From a virus (taxonomy: Duplodnaviria; Caudoviricetes): a stretch of DNA of 29,076 nt. The number at the start of each line of letters is the position of its first letter. The first letter of the stretch is position 1. Location: positions 1 through 29,076 of IMG/VR virus record IMGVR_UViG_3300022822_000068. One strand, 5' to 3'. Below, piece after piece: positions 8,094-16,473 of the stretch. The position numbers and the translations under genes were made by a program. The notes below the pieces were generated by a model. It had not been told where the DNA came from, did not search any database, and was given only the letters and a program-made list of their open reading frames with translations.

Positions 8094-9818
8094 ATGTCTA
8101 AAGAATTTATTGAAGCTAAATATAATAGTAATTCGCTTGACGTTGCAGTTAGGCAATATAATCAACTCTCATATTTTCTTCAATCACAGGTTTCAGAAGA
8201 TGTCAGAGAGGATTACTTTGAAAAATATGTAGAAAGAGGTCACTATACTAATGATATATTTCTTAATTGGGTAAAAAGCGTTTTCAAGACAGATAACTTT
8301 TTGTCTTTCGCTAAATATTACAGAAACCCAAACCCATCATCTAAACTTATTAATACAAGAATAAAAGAACCATTAAGTAGAGTTTTCTTTTCAGAAGACA
8401 GTTACTTTAATTACGTTGTTAATCAACAGTATATTGAGTTCCCACAAGAATTAAATGATAATTTTGAAGAAAGACTATTTGATGCTGTATTGTTTAGATA
8501 CAATGATATAATTGTACACGATTTATTTGAAAACAACAATCCTTACAGAGAGTTTGTTTCTATTAAAAATGTTGTTTCAATTAAAATGAACCATCAAAAA
8601 ATATCACAAATAGCTTACACCGCTACTGCAAACATTGACGGAGAAGAGGTTGTAGGTTATGCATACATTGATGATAATAAATATTGCTTTTTTAACAAAG
8701 AAAAAGATTTAGTTAAAGAAGAAAATCACGATTTAGGTTTTTGCCCTGCTACATTTGTGGTAGATAGTTCTTTCGGGAACGATATGATAATAAAAGAATC
8801 TACTTTTTCTTATTTAAAAGCTGACTTTGAAGAGTATTGCTTTTTAAAGACTTTACAAAGAATGGTAGATGCTAATGGTACTTTGCCTATAACCGTAAAG
8901 ATAAAGACTAATGAAAAGTCTAATCAATACGAAGACTTTGATAACAGAAGTGGTGAGCCAATGTCTATAGACCAAATAGGTAGTCAGGTTTCTAATGAAG
9001 TACGTTCTACATCAGGTAGTGGAAAAGGCTCTGTTTTACAGGCAGGTAGTGTTATAGAAACACCTCCTATTGAAAAGACAGATGGAAGCATAGATACTGA
9101 ATTTAACAAGAACTTTTTAACCTTTCATTACGCTCCAATTGAAGCATTAGAGTTTTTGGATAAAAGGATAAAATCTGTAGAAAAAGATATTATATTAAGT
9201 TCTATCGGAGATTTTTCAGAAGGTTCTGCTAAGGGTTCGAAAAGTGATGTAGAGATAAAATCTAGTGATATTGTTTCTAAACAAGATAAATTAAGGTTTT
9301 TATCTAATACTTTAAGTTCTTCTAGGGCTTTAAGTGATAAAGTAATGTTATCTTTAGCTTACGGTAAAGACAATGTAAAAGTAGATGTGTTTTATGGAAG
9401 TGATTTCTTTTTAGAAACTCAAGACAAGCTTTATGAGATGTTTCAAAACTCTCCCAATGCTATTGAGCGTAAAAACATTTTAATTAGATTGTCGCAACGT
9501 AGAAACATGTTTAACAAGGAGAAATCAAAGAGAGAAGTGTTGCTTTATAAGTTAATGCCATATACGAGTGATAAAGACTTTGAATTAGCAGTTGATAATG
9601 GAAGAATATCAGATGTTAACTTTGAATACCAATCAAGATTTTCTTATTGGGTTTCAAAGTTTGAATCTACTTATGGGAATATAGTTATATTCTATGATAA
9701 TTTAGGAAAAGCAAAAGAAAGTGAAAAGATTATCTCAATAGATAATTTAATAAACAGTTTAATAATAACTAATACTAATTTTAATAAAATAACCAATGGG
9801 AAAGAAACCAATAGTTAA
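8094..9818 (+). CDS. Putative portal protein
   Basis: 574 aa, between terminase and scaffold/capsid genes; call from size and synteny. Confidence 0.7.
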   Translation: MSKEFIEAKYNSNSLDVAVRQYNQLSYFLQSQVSEDVREDYFEKYVERGHYTNDIFLNWVKSVFKTDNFLSFAKYYRNPNPSSKLINTRIKEPLSRVFFSEDSYFNYVVNQQYIEFPQELNDNFEERLFDAVLFRYNDIIVHDLFENNNPYREFVSIKNVVSIKMNHQKISQIAYTATANIDGEEVVGYAYIDDNKYCFFNKEKDLVKEENHDLGFCPATFVVDSSFGNDMIIKESTFSYLKADFEEYCFLKTLQRMVDANGTLPITVKIKTNEKSNQYEDFDNRSGEPMSIDQIGSQVSNEVRSTSGSGKGSVLQAGSVIETPPIEKTDGSIDTEFNKNFLTFHYAPIEALEFLDKRIKSVEKDIILSSIGDFSEGSAKGSKSDVEIKSSDIVSKQDKLRFLSNTLSSSRALSDKVMLSLAYGKDNVKVDVFYGSDFFLETQDKLYEMFQNSPNAIERKNILIRLSQRRNMFNKEKSKREVLLYKLMPYTSDKDFELAVDNGRISDVNFEYQSRFSYWVSKFESTYGNIVIFYDNLGKAKESEKIISIDNLINSLIITNTNFNKITNGKETNS

Positions 9819-10314
9819 GTTAAGAGTGTTTAGAGGTAAATCTCTAAGTTTTAATGAAGATAGAACAATTCAAAATGAAAACCAACTAATATCCGTAGAG
9901 CATGGAACTATACTATGGAAATTAACAATGAAAAATCTACCTATCAATGGTTACTGTAAAGTATCTGTAGAGAAAGTATTTATTGATGATAATGGTGAGT
10001 GGAAAGAAGATGTTGATAATGTAGGTATTTATGAAGCAGAGATTAAATCCGCTTTAAACCCTAAGCCAGATGTTGCTAAAACAGTAGACCAATTAAGAAT
10101 TGAGGAATTAGAATCTCAAAACAAAGCTATGATGGCTAAAATGGATGCTTTTATGAAATCATCTACTTCTAATAAAAAAGAGCCTTTAGTTGAAGATAAT
10201 TCTAATCTTAAAGAGTTGCAGTTGGAGTATTTTACTTTAAAAGGTAAAAAGCCACATCACATGATGAAAGAAGAAAAGTTAATTGAAGAAATTGACAAAT
10301 TAAAAAACGTATAA
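9796..10314 (+). CDS. Head-module hypothetical protein with C-terminal HeH/LEM-like helical motif
   Basis: Coiled-coil middle; C-terminal LQLEYFTLKGKKPHHMMKEEKLIEEI. Confidence 0.55.
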   Translation: MGKKPIVKLRVFRGKSLSFNEDRTIQNENQLISVEHGTILWKLTMKNLPINGYCKVSVEKVFIDDNGEWKEDVDNVGIYEAEIKSALNPKPDVAKTVDQLRIEELESQNKAMMAKMDAFMKSSTSNKKEPLVEDNSNLKELQLEYFTLKGKKPHHMMKEEKLIEEIDKLKNV

Positions 10315-10341
10315 TAACAATTTAGATACATAAAAAGAATT

Positions 10342-11235
10342 ATGGAATTTACACAAGAATTTATTACAGAAAACGGATTAACAGAAGAGCAAGTAACAGC
10401 AGTTACTGGGAAGTTTACAAGCGAATTTATACCAAACTTGAAAAAGGAGTACGATGGAGTTGCTAATACAAATGCAGAAGGCATCTTAACTGGTGCTAGT
10501 AATTATGCAAAAGAGAAATTAGGATTTGATTTTGATAGAGATCAAGGAGAGAAAGTTGGAGATTATTTAAAAAGAGCATTAGATTCTAAATTTAGTTCAA
10601 CTCAATCAGCTTTAGATTTAAGGCAAACTGAAATCAATGAAAAGTTAGCAAACTTTAAAGGTGGTGATGAATACAAGTTGCAATTGGAAGAAATGAAAAG
10701 TTCAAAAGACTTGTTATTGCAAAGAGTTGCTAAGTTAGAGCCTTTAGAGGGTATGGATGAGAAGTATCAAGGAGCAACAACTGAATTAAGTAAGTTAAAA
10801 ACAGAAGTAGCTTATGGTTCGGTTAAGCCTAATTTTCCAAGTGACGTAAATAAGTTTGAAGCAAAAGCACAATGGGATTCTTTTAAGAAAGATATTGAGC
10901 AAAAGTACAATATTGAATTAGTAGACGGAAAGCCCGTTGCTATTGATAAAGAAAACGAACACAAAAGATTTGACTTAGAAGAATTAGTAAGTCAAGATAA
11001 AAACATCTCTGAATTGTTAAAGGGCAGACAACAAGGAGGAACGGGTGCAAGACAATTAGATTACAAAGAGGTAGAAGGAGTGCCATTTAAGATTCCTGAA
11101 AACGCTACTAGTGAAGATTTAAGTTTAATAGTGAGAGAACAAGTATTAAAAGAAGTCAGCGATATCACAAGTAAAGAATACTCTAAGAGATTTGGTGAAT
11201 TGTACGCAAAAGTGAGATTAGCCCAAAAAAAATAG
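10342..11235 (+). CDS. Putative capsid scaffolding protein
   Basis: Charged, coiled-coil-rich 297 aa with a QQGGTG linker, immediately upstream of the capsid gene. Confidence 0.65.
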   Translation: MEFTQEFITENGLTEEQVTAVTGKFTSEFIPNLKKEYDGVANTNAEGILTGASNYAKEKLGFDFDRDQGEKVGDYLKRALDSKFSSTQSALDLRQTEINEKLANFKGGDEYKLQLEEMKSSKDLLLQRVAKLEPLEGMDEKYQGATTELSKLKTEVAYGSVKPNFPSDVNKFEAKAQWDSFKKDIEQKYNIELVDGKPVAIDKENEHKRFDLEELVSQDKNISELLKGRQQGGTGARQLDYKEVEGVPFKIPENATSEDLSLIVREQVLKEVSDITSKEYSKRFGELYAKVRLAQKK

Positions 11236-11256
11236 CGAAAGACCGCAAATAGTGAA

Positions 11257-12373
11257 CATAATTATTAATTTTAAATTTTAAACAAATGAGTTTTTTAAAC
11301 GGAACATTATTGAATGACTTGCAGTCTGACCAAGCTACAAATGAAAAGTATTTTTCAGAACTTGGTGTTATTGATGCAGTAAAAGCTTCAACACCAAGCG
11401 CAAATTACATTCCACCAAGTATTAAGGCTTCTTTAGCTAGTATGTCTTCATTGAGAAATGCAGAAATACCAGTTATTAAAGACCAAGCAGTAACAGTTGT
11501 TACAACTCCAGGATTTGAGTATATTCCTTCAAATCTTCCAGAAAGTGACAAGTACTTTTTCCAACCATACGATGTATTTAGTGGAATGAGACATTATCCT
11601 TCTGCAAATGCAAACAACATGTTGGATTCTGAATTTCAAAGTAGAGAGGTACTTAAAAACGTACTTTACGAAATGGGTAACACAGTTGAAGGTATTTTAT
11701 TGACAAGCCTTGATTCTCGTAAAACACAAGTATTAGGATCTACTGAACAAGTTTCGGCTTCAACAGGAGATTATGCTTTTGATACAACACCAGATATCTT
11801 AAAGGTTAAAAAAGCAGCACAAGAAGAAACTATGTTTTATTCTTTGGAAGCTTTAATGGCTGCTAACGAGGTTGCAGGTAACTATAGAATTGTTACTAAC
11901 AGAGCAGGTTTAGCTAGACAAAAAGCAGAAGCTTTAAAGTACGGAGCAGGAAATGAGAAAAACCTACAAGCTTTAAACTTTTTTGGAGCAGACAGGATGC
12001 ATGAATCAGGTAATATTTCTTCATCAGCTAAATTTGATGGGTATTTATTAAGAGATGGTTCTATTGGATGTGTAGAGAACTTTCCAGAAGACTTTAGAGC
12101 AGGAACAGAATTTTCAGGTAAAAAATGGAGTGTTTCTGATATGGATTTACCTTTCGTAAACATGAGAGCAAATATCTTTACAGACAAAAACGCTACTGAT
12201 GCAACATCTTTAATTACAAGCGGTACAGATTCTAACTTAATTATGACTCATTTCGAGGAAATGGCTATTTGGGTAAGATTTTACGTTGTTTACAGATATA
12301 ACTCTGATTTAGGTACTAGAGTTAACGACATCGTTAAGGTTCAAGGTCTTTTATCATAATTATTAATTTTAAA
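11257..12373 (+). repeat. 19-bp direct repeat CATAATTATTAATTTTAAA (11257-11275 and 12355-12373)
   Basis: Identical copies in the leaders of the major capsid gene and the next gene. Confidence 0.8.
11286..12359 (+). CDS. Putative major capsid protein
   Basis: 357 aa after the scaffold; size and position fit an HK97-fold capsid protein; synteny-based. Confidence 0.75.
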   Translation: MSFLNGTLLNDLQSDQATNEKYFSELGVIDAVKASTPSANYIPPSIKASLASMSSLRNAEIPVIKDQAVTVVTTPGFEYIPSNLPESDKYFFQPYDVFSGMRHYPSANANNMLDSEFQSREVLKNVLYEMGNTVEGILLTSLDSRKTQVLGSTEQVSASTGDYAFDTTPDILKVKKAAQEETMFYSLEALMAANEVAGNYRIVTNRAGLARQKAEALKYGAGNEKNLQALNFFGADRMHESGNISSSAKFDGYLLRDGSIGCVENFPEDFRAGTEFSGKKWSVSDMDLPFVNMRANIFTDKNATDATSLITSGTDSNLIMTHFEEMAIWVRFYVVYRYNSDLGTRVNDIVKVQGLLS

Positions 12374-12383
12374 AACATAAACA

Positions 12384-12803
12384 ATGAGTGCAAATTATAA
12401 AACAGACGTATTAGGTAGTAATGCACCTATTAAAAAGTCTTTAATAGAAACAATTGTAGCAAGTGTTGCTTTAAATGCAACAGATGGTGGTACTAAGTTT
12501 TTGGTATCAACAGATGCGTTAGTAATAACGCTTCCTGCTACTAAAAAAGGAGTTGAGTTTACAATTATAAATAGTGGTGCAGACGGAAACAACGTTGTTA
12601 CTATTTCTCCACAAGCTGGTGATGCTATTATTGGTAGTATTGCAAATTCTGCTGCTGATTCAGTTTCGGGTGGTGCAGATGGTAAGGACATTATAAACAC
12701 TAAGTCTACTGCTAATAAAGGTGATAGAATCACTTTAATTGGAGATGGAGATGCAGGTTGGTATATTGTTGATGGAGTAGGGATTTGGGCATCACAAGCA
12801 TAA
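12384..12803 (+). CDS. Putative capsid decoration / head fibre protein
   Basis: Gly/Ala-rich beta protein (ITLPA...G.EFTIIN ... GD.ITL.GDG..GWYI) after the capsid gene, sharing its leader motif. Confidence 0.55.
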   Translation: MSANYKTDVLGSNAPIKKSLIETIVASVALNATDGGTKFLVSTDALVITLPATKKGVEFTIINSGADGNNVVTISPQAGDAIIGSIANSAADSVSGGADGKDIINTKSTANKGDRITLIGDGDAGWYIVDGVGIWASQA

Positions 12804-12826
12804 CTAGTAAATAACAAATAGGTCAC

Positions 12827-13957
12827 ATGGTTTTAGGAATTTCAGAAGATTATACAGTAGATATCGAGTTTGACTCAAATTTGACAAATATCCCAAGTTC
12901 GGGATTGTATATAAATAGTGGGGTACATCCATCTATAACTAATGAAAATATTTTGGAATTTCTACCAAAGACCGTTATTACTTTTGCTGAATGGAGCAGT
13001 TCAAAAACCTATGCAGTCTTTACTGAAACACGAAACAAAAAGGACATTGTTTTACATGACAGTAAAATTTATCAATCTATAAAATCAGGAGTTAATCAAA
13101 ATCCAAGTGATGAAGATTCTGAATATTGGTTAGAAAGCAATATGGAATCTTTAAAGATTAAGAATTTTATAGAAAAAGTAAAAGACAGAGTTTATACTGA
13201 TTTATCATTAGATAAAAGGTTAATAAATAACCAATTTATATATGATAATGGTAAAAACCCTACTACTTTACTGAACAACTATGCAGGTTGGGTAATTGAA
13301 CCGAAAGGAAGCGACTATGTTTCTTTCAGGATAAATCAAATATCAATACAAAAAGACGGAACGACACCGATTAATTTGTATATTATTAATCAAAACACCC
13401 TTGTAGATACAATAACAATAACTCCGAATAATGGTGAGTTAAATTTTGTTAATACAGATATCGTTTTAAGCGGTAAAGGTGCTTTTAAATTATTAATAGA
13501 TAGTACTGATGTTTATGTAGGTAATGGAAACGTAGACCCTAAAAGGTTTGATGGATTTGTTGCATACACTGCAATCGGAACAGGAGATTCACCTGAAAGT
13601 TCTAAATACACTTATAGCACTTATGGCAATGGCATAGGGTTAAATATAACAGCGTATTTAGATTCTAAAGTTTATATTGATAATAACTTGTCTAATTTCG
13701 GCTCATTTATAAGGGCTACATTTGAGTATATGGTTTTCCAAATGTTTATGCATAATTCTAGTAACGCAAGTAATAGAGTGCAAAGACTACAGATGGCTGA
13801 CAATATTCTTATGGCTGAACTAAAAGAGGTTAAAGCAGATACGGTTGTTAGTAGATATATGAATGAAAAAAGTAAAGCGATTAAGATGTTAGAAAAAACA
13901 TTTGACACGCAATTAAAAGGTCAAGGAGGATTAACCACAGAAATAGGCTCTTTATAA
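12827..13957 (+). CDS. Putative head-tail adaptor with inserted CBM5/12-like module
   Basis: Synteny; internal EWSSSKTY...IVLHDSKIYQSIK...NP......YW segment. Confidence 0.5.
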   Translation: MVLGISEDYTVDIEFDSNLTNIPSSGLYINSGVHPSITNENILEFLPKTVITFAEWSSSKTYAVFTETRNKKDIVLHDSKIYQSIKSGVNQNPSDEDSEYWLESNMESLKIKNFIEKVKDRVYTDLSLDKRLINNQFIYDNGKNPTTLLNNYAGWVIEPKGSDYVSFRINQISIQKDGTTPINLYIINQNTLVDTITITPNNGELNFVNTDIVLSGKGAFKLLIDSTDVYVGNGNVDPKRFDGFVAYTAIGTGDSPESSKYTYSTYGNGIGLNITAYLDSKVYIDNNLSNFGSFIRATFEYMVFQMFMHNSSNASNRVQRLQMADNILMAELKEVKADTVVSRYMNEKSKAIKMLEKTFDTQLKGQGGLTTEIGSL

Positions 13958-14533
13958 ATGAATAATCTATTAACGTCAGCAGAGGGATTAAGTTTAGCTA
14001 TTCAATCAATTCAAGAAGAATTGTATGATGCTTTACCTGATTTTTGGTCAGGAGATATTGAGGGATTTGGAAAGGTATATAAAAACATTGAGAATAGTTT
14101 TAATGATATACCCACGTACTACAAATCTGCTAAAATATTTATTCCAGAAGTTTACAATTCTAATACTGGTAATTATGAAGATGTTTATTACAATGACAGA
14201 AAATCTTGTGTATTTTGCTTTTTAATAAGCGACAAAGACGAAACGGAAGACCAAATTTTATTTAAAAATAAGGTTAAAGTTGTTTTCATGGTAGACTTGA
14301 AAAAGATATACCCAAGTGAAAAAGAAAGGCAAGACGCAAAAGCACAAAAAGATGTTATTGATATATTAAGGAATATTAATGGTAGTTATGAAATAAATGA
14401 AATAGAAAGAGGTATTGATAATGTTTTTAATCAATATACTACTTCTAAAATTAGGTTTAACGACCTTCAACCTTTGCATGCTTTTTCTGTAAACATAGAC
14501 CTAGAATATTATTTAACCGATAAATGCATATAA
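13958..14533 (+). CDS. Putative tail terminator / head-tail joining protein
   Basis: 191 aa between adaptor and tail tube; C-terminal beta strand FSVNIDLEY. Confidence 0.5.
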   Translation: MNNLLTSAEGLSLAIQSIQEELYDALPDFWSGDIEGFGKVYKNIENSFNDIPTYYKSAKIFIPEVYNSNTGNYEDVYYNDRKSCVFCFLISDKDETEDQILFKNKVKVVFMVDLKKIYPSEKERQDAKAQKDVIDILRNINGSYEINEIERGIDNVFNQYTTSKIRFNDLQPLHAFSVNIDLEYYLTDKCI

Positions 14534-14534
14534 T

Positions 14535-14744
14535 ATGGAGAAAAAGAAAGGTTCTACAGTAACTAAATCAAAACCAAAAAAGGTTATTGAGAAAGTTGTA
14601 GAAAAAGTAAGACCTAAATTAGTTAAGAAAAAGTACACTTTAATAAATAATATTTCTGTAAATGGAAGTGTTTATAAAAAAGGTAGTACATTTGAACTAA
14701 CCAAAGAAGGGAAACAATATTTTAAACAACAATTTTATATTTAA
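14535..14744 (+). CDS. Small basic hypothetical protein
   Basis: Lys-rich 69 aa before the tail tube gene. Confidence 0.65.
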   Translation: MEKKKGSTVTKSKPKKVIEKVVEKVRPKLVKKKYTLINNISVNGSVYKKGSTFELTKEGKQYFKQQFYI

Positions 14745-14750
14745 AAAACA

Positions 14751-15677
14751 ATGGCAACAATAGCACAAATAACAAATTTAATAGATTGCGGTTTAGCTGC
14801 AACTTATGGTACAGGTAGTATTGGTTGTAAGGCATTTTTCAGAAATGTATCTTCGGCTTGGCTAACCCAAAGAGGTTTTAAATTCGATAAAGCAGAGGTT
14901 TTAGACGAAGAGTATATTCAAAAATTACAGGCAGAAGGAAAATTGGTAATCCTAAAAGGAATTACTGCTTTTACTGATAATTCAGAGGATATGGTTACAG
15001 AAACCTATGACGATGGAACAGAGCAATTAGTAAGAAAAGGAAAGTATAAATTCTTAATTGAGTTTGTAAATGGACTTTACTACCAAGCTGCTTTAAATTC
15101 TTTAAACTCACAAGAAGTTTATGATGTTTCTTTAGTTGATAGCGATAACAACATTTTAGGAACAATGGCACAAGATGGATCTGTTAAAGGTCTTTCAGCA
15201 GGTATGATTCAAGTATCTAAATATACTTTTGCAACAGGTTCAGCGGGTTCTAAACAAGGATTAAATATTCAGTTAACAGACCCTAATGAATTAGATGATG
15301 AATTTTCTTTTATTAGCGGAAAGTCTTTAGCACCTTACAAACCTAAAAATGCAGATGGTATTAATGAAGTTGTATTGGCTTACACAACTGCACCAGCAGA
15401 CGGGGCAACTTCTTTAGTAGTTAAAGCAACTATCAAACAAGGCGGTGGTTCTTTTAGTGGAGCAGTAGTTGGAGATTTCTTACTTACAGTAGACGGAGTA
15501 ACTACAAACCCAACTGCACTATCAGAGGTTTCAGGAACATATACGTTAACCGTATCTTCTAAATCTACAAATGAGGTTTTAGATTTAAGCATATATGATG
15601 TTTCAGAAAACAGAGATGTAATTGAGTTAGATAACGCTCTTTACAAGTCAAATACTTTATCTGCAACCGTAGTTTGA
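14751..15677 (+). CDS. Putative major tail tube protein (short form)
   Basis: 308 aa, beta-rich, Ig-like C-terminal part; lies between neck genes and tape measure; ends in TGA. Confidence 0.7.
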   Translation: MATIAQITNLIDCGLAATYGTGSIGCKAFFRNVSSAWLTQRGFKFDKAEVLDEEYIQKLQAEGKLVILKGITAFTDNSEDMVTETYDDGTEQLVRKGKYKFLIEFVNGLYYQAALNSLNSQEVYDVSLVDSDNNILGTMAQDGSVKGLSAGMIQVSKYTFATGSAGSKQGLNIQLTDPNELDDEFSFISGKSLAPYKPKNADGINEVVLAYTTAPADGATSLVVKATIKQGGGSFSGAVVGDFLLTVDGVTTNPTALSEVSGTYTLTVSSKSTNEVLDLSIYDVSENRDVIELDNALYKSNTLSATVV

Positions 15678-16388
15678 GTTCCAGTTCCAACTTTGCTTGA
15701 TGCTGCGATAGCTTACTATAAGTTCGATGAAACTTCTGGAACGTCACTAAAAGACGAAAAAGGAAGTCACAACGGAACTATTAATAACAATCCAACATTA
15801 AATGAAGACGGACTAATTGGTAGGGCTATTCGCTTCGGCAATGGTTCTAGCGACCAATCGGTTAGCTTGTCAGATAGTAATGACTTTAGCTTTACGAATG
15901 GGGTGAGCGATAAGCCTTTCAGTATTAGTACTTGGGTAAAACCTTCTGCTAGTTTCGGAAGTATGGTAGCTAAGTATTCTAATACTAATTCTGATAGAGA
16001 ATATAAATTATACGCTTCAAGTGGAACCGTATTCTTTACTATTCATTCGGAAGGTTCTGAGTCTGATAGACTACTTGTTAGGACAGACGATTCTCCTTTT
16101 GCATCAGATAGTACTTGGAGAAACATAATAGTTACTTATGATGGAAGTAGTTTAGAAGGTGGTTTATTAATGTATTACAACGGAGGTCTACAGGAATCAG
16201 GATTCGCTATAGGTAATTACGTTAAAATGATTAATACCAACCAAGATGTTATTATAGCAAATCAAACAGGAAATTCAAATGTTAGCTTGAACGCAGAAGT
16301 TGATGAGACAGCTATATTTAATAGAGTATTAACTCAATCAGAAGTTAATGAGATTTACAATGGGGGTTCAGGAATGAGTCTTGACTAA
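15678..16388 (+). CDS. LamG/concanavalin A-like lectin domain, probably a readthrough extension of the tail tube protein
   Basis: AYYKFDETSG..., FSISTWVK, WRNIIVTYDG, VDETAIFNRVLTQSEV are LamG_3 motifs; in frame with the tail tube gene directly after its TGA; only a TTG start (15693) near the 5' end. Confidence 0.8.
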   Translation, partial: VPVPTLLDAAIAYYKFDETSGTSLKDEKGSHNGTINNNPTLNEDGLIGRAIRFGNGSSDQSVSLSDSNDFSFTNGVSDKPFSISTWVKPSASFGSMVAKYSNTNSDREYKLYASSGTVFFTIHSEGSESDRLLVRTDDSPFASDSTWRNIIVTYDGSSLEGGLLMYYNGGLQESGFAIGNYVKMINTNQDVIIANQTGNSNVSLNAEVDETAIFNRVLTQSEVNEIYNGGSGMSLD

Positions 16389-16407
16389 TGTTGTAATTTT
16401 AATTTTT

Positions 16408-16438
16408 AAAGCACCTAATTAACGTTAGGTGCTTTTTT
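16408..16438 (+). terminator. Rho-independent terminator of the head-neck-tube operon
   Basis: AAAGCACCTAA-TTAACG-TTAGGTGCTTT perfect stem followed by a T run. Confidence 0.85.
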
Positions 16439-16452
16439 ATGTAAAAATGTTA

Positions 16453-16460
16453 TATCTTTA
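16453..16460 (+). promoter_or_regulatory. Possible -7 promoter box for the phosphoesterase gene
   Basis: TATCTTTA (one mismatch to TAnnTTTG) between the terminator and the ATG at 16474. Confidence 0.4.
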
Positions 16461-16473
16461 TAAAAAATAATAC

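Noticed and set aside
11221-11285. A-run CCC AAAAAAAA TAG at the end of the scaffold gene as a frameshift site fusing scaffold to capsid
   Set aside because: All three frames hit stops before the capsid ATG, so no fusion is possible
15675-15677. Genome-wide TGA reassignment or selenocysteine insertion
   Set aside because: No other internal TGA in called genes, no suppressor tRNA visible, and the site is a linker rather than a catalytic Cys position
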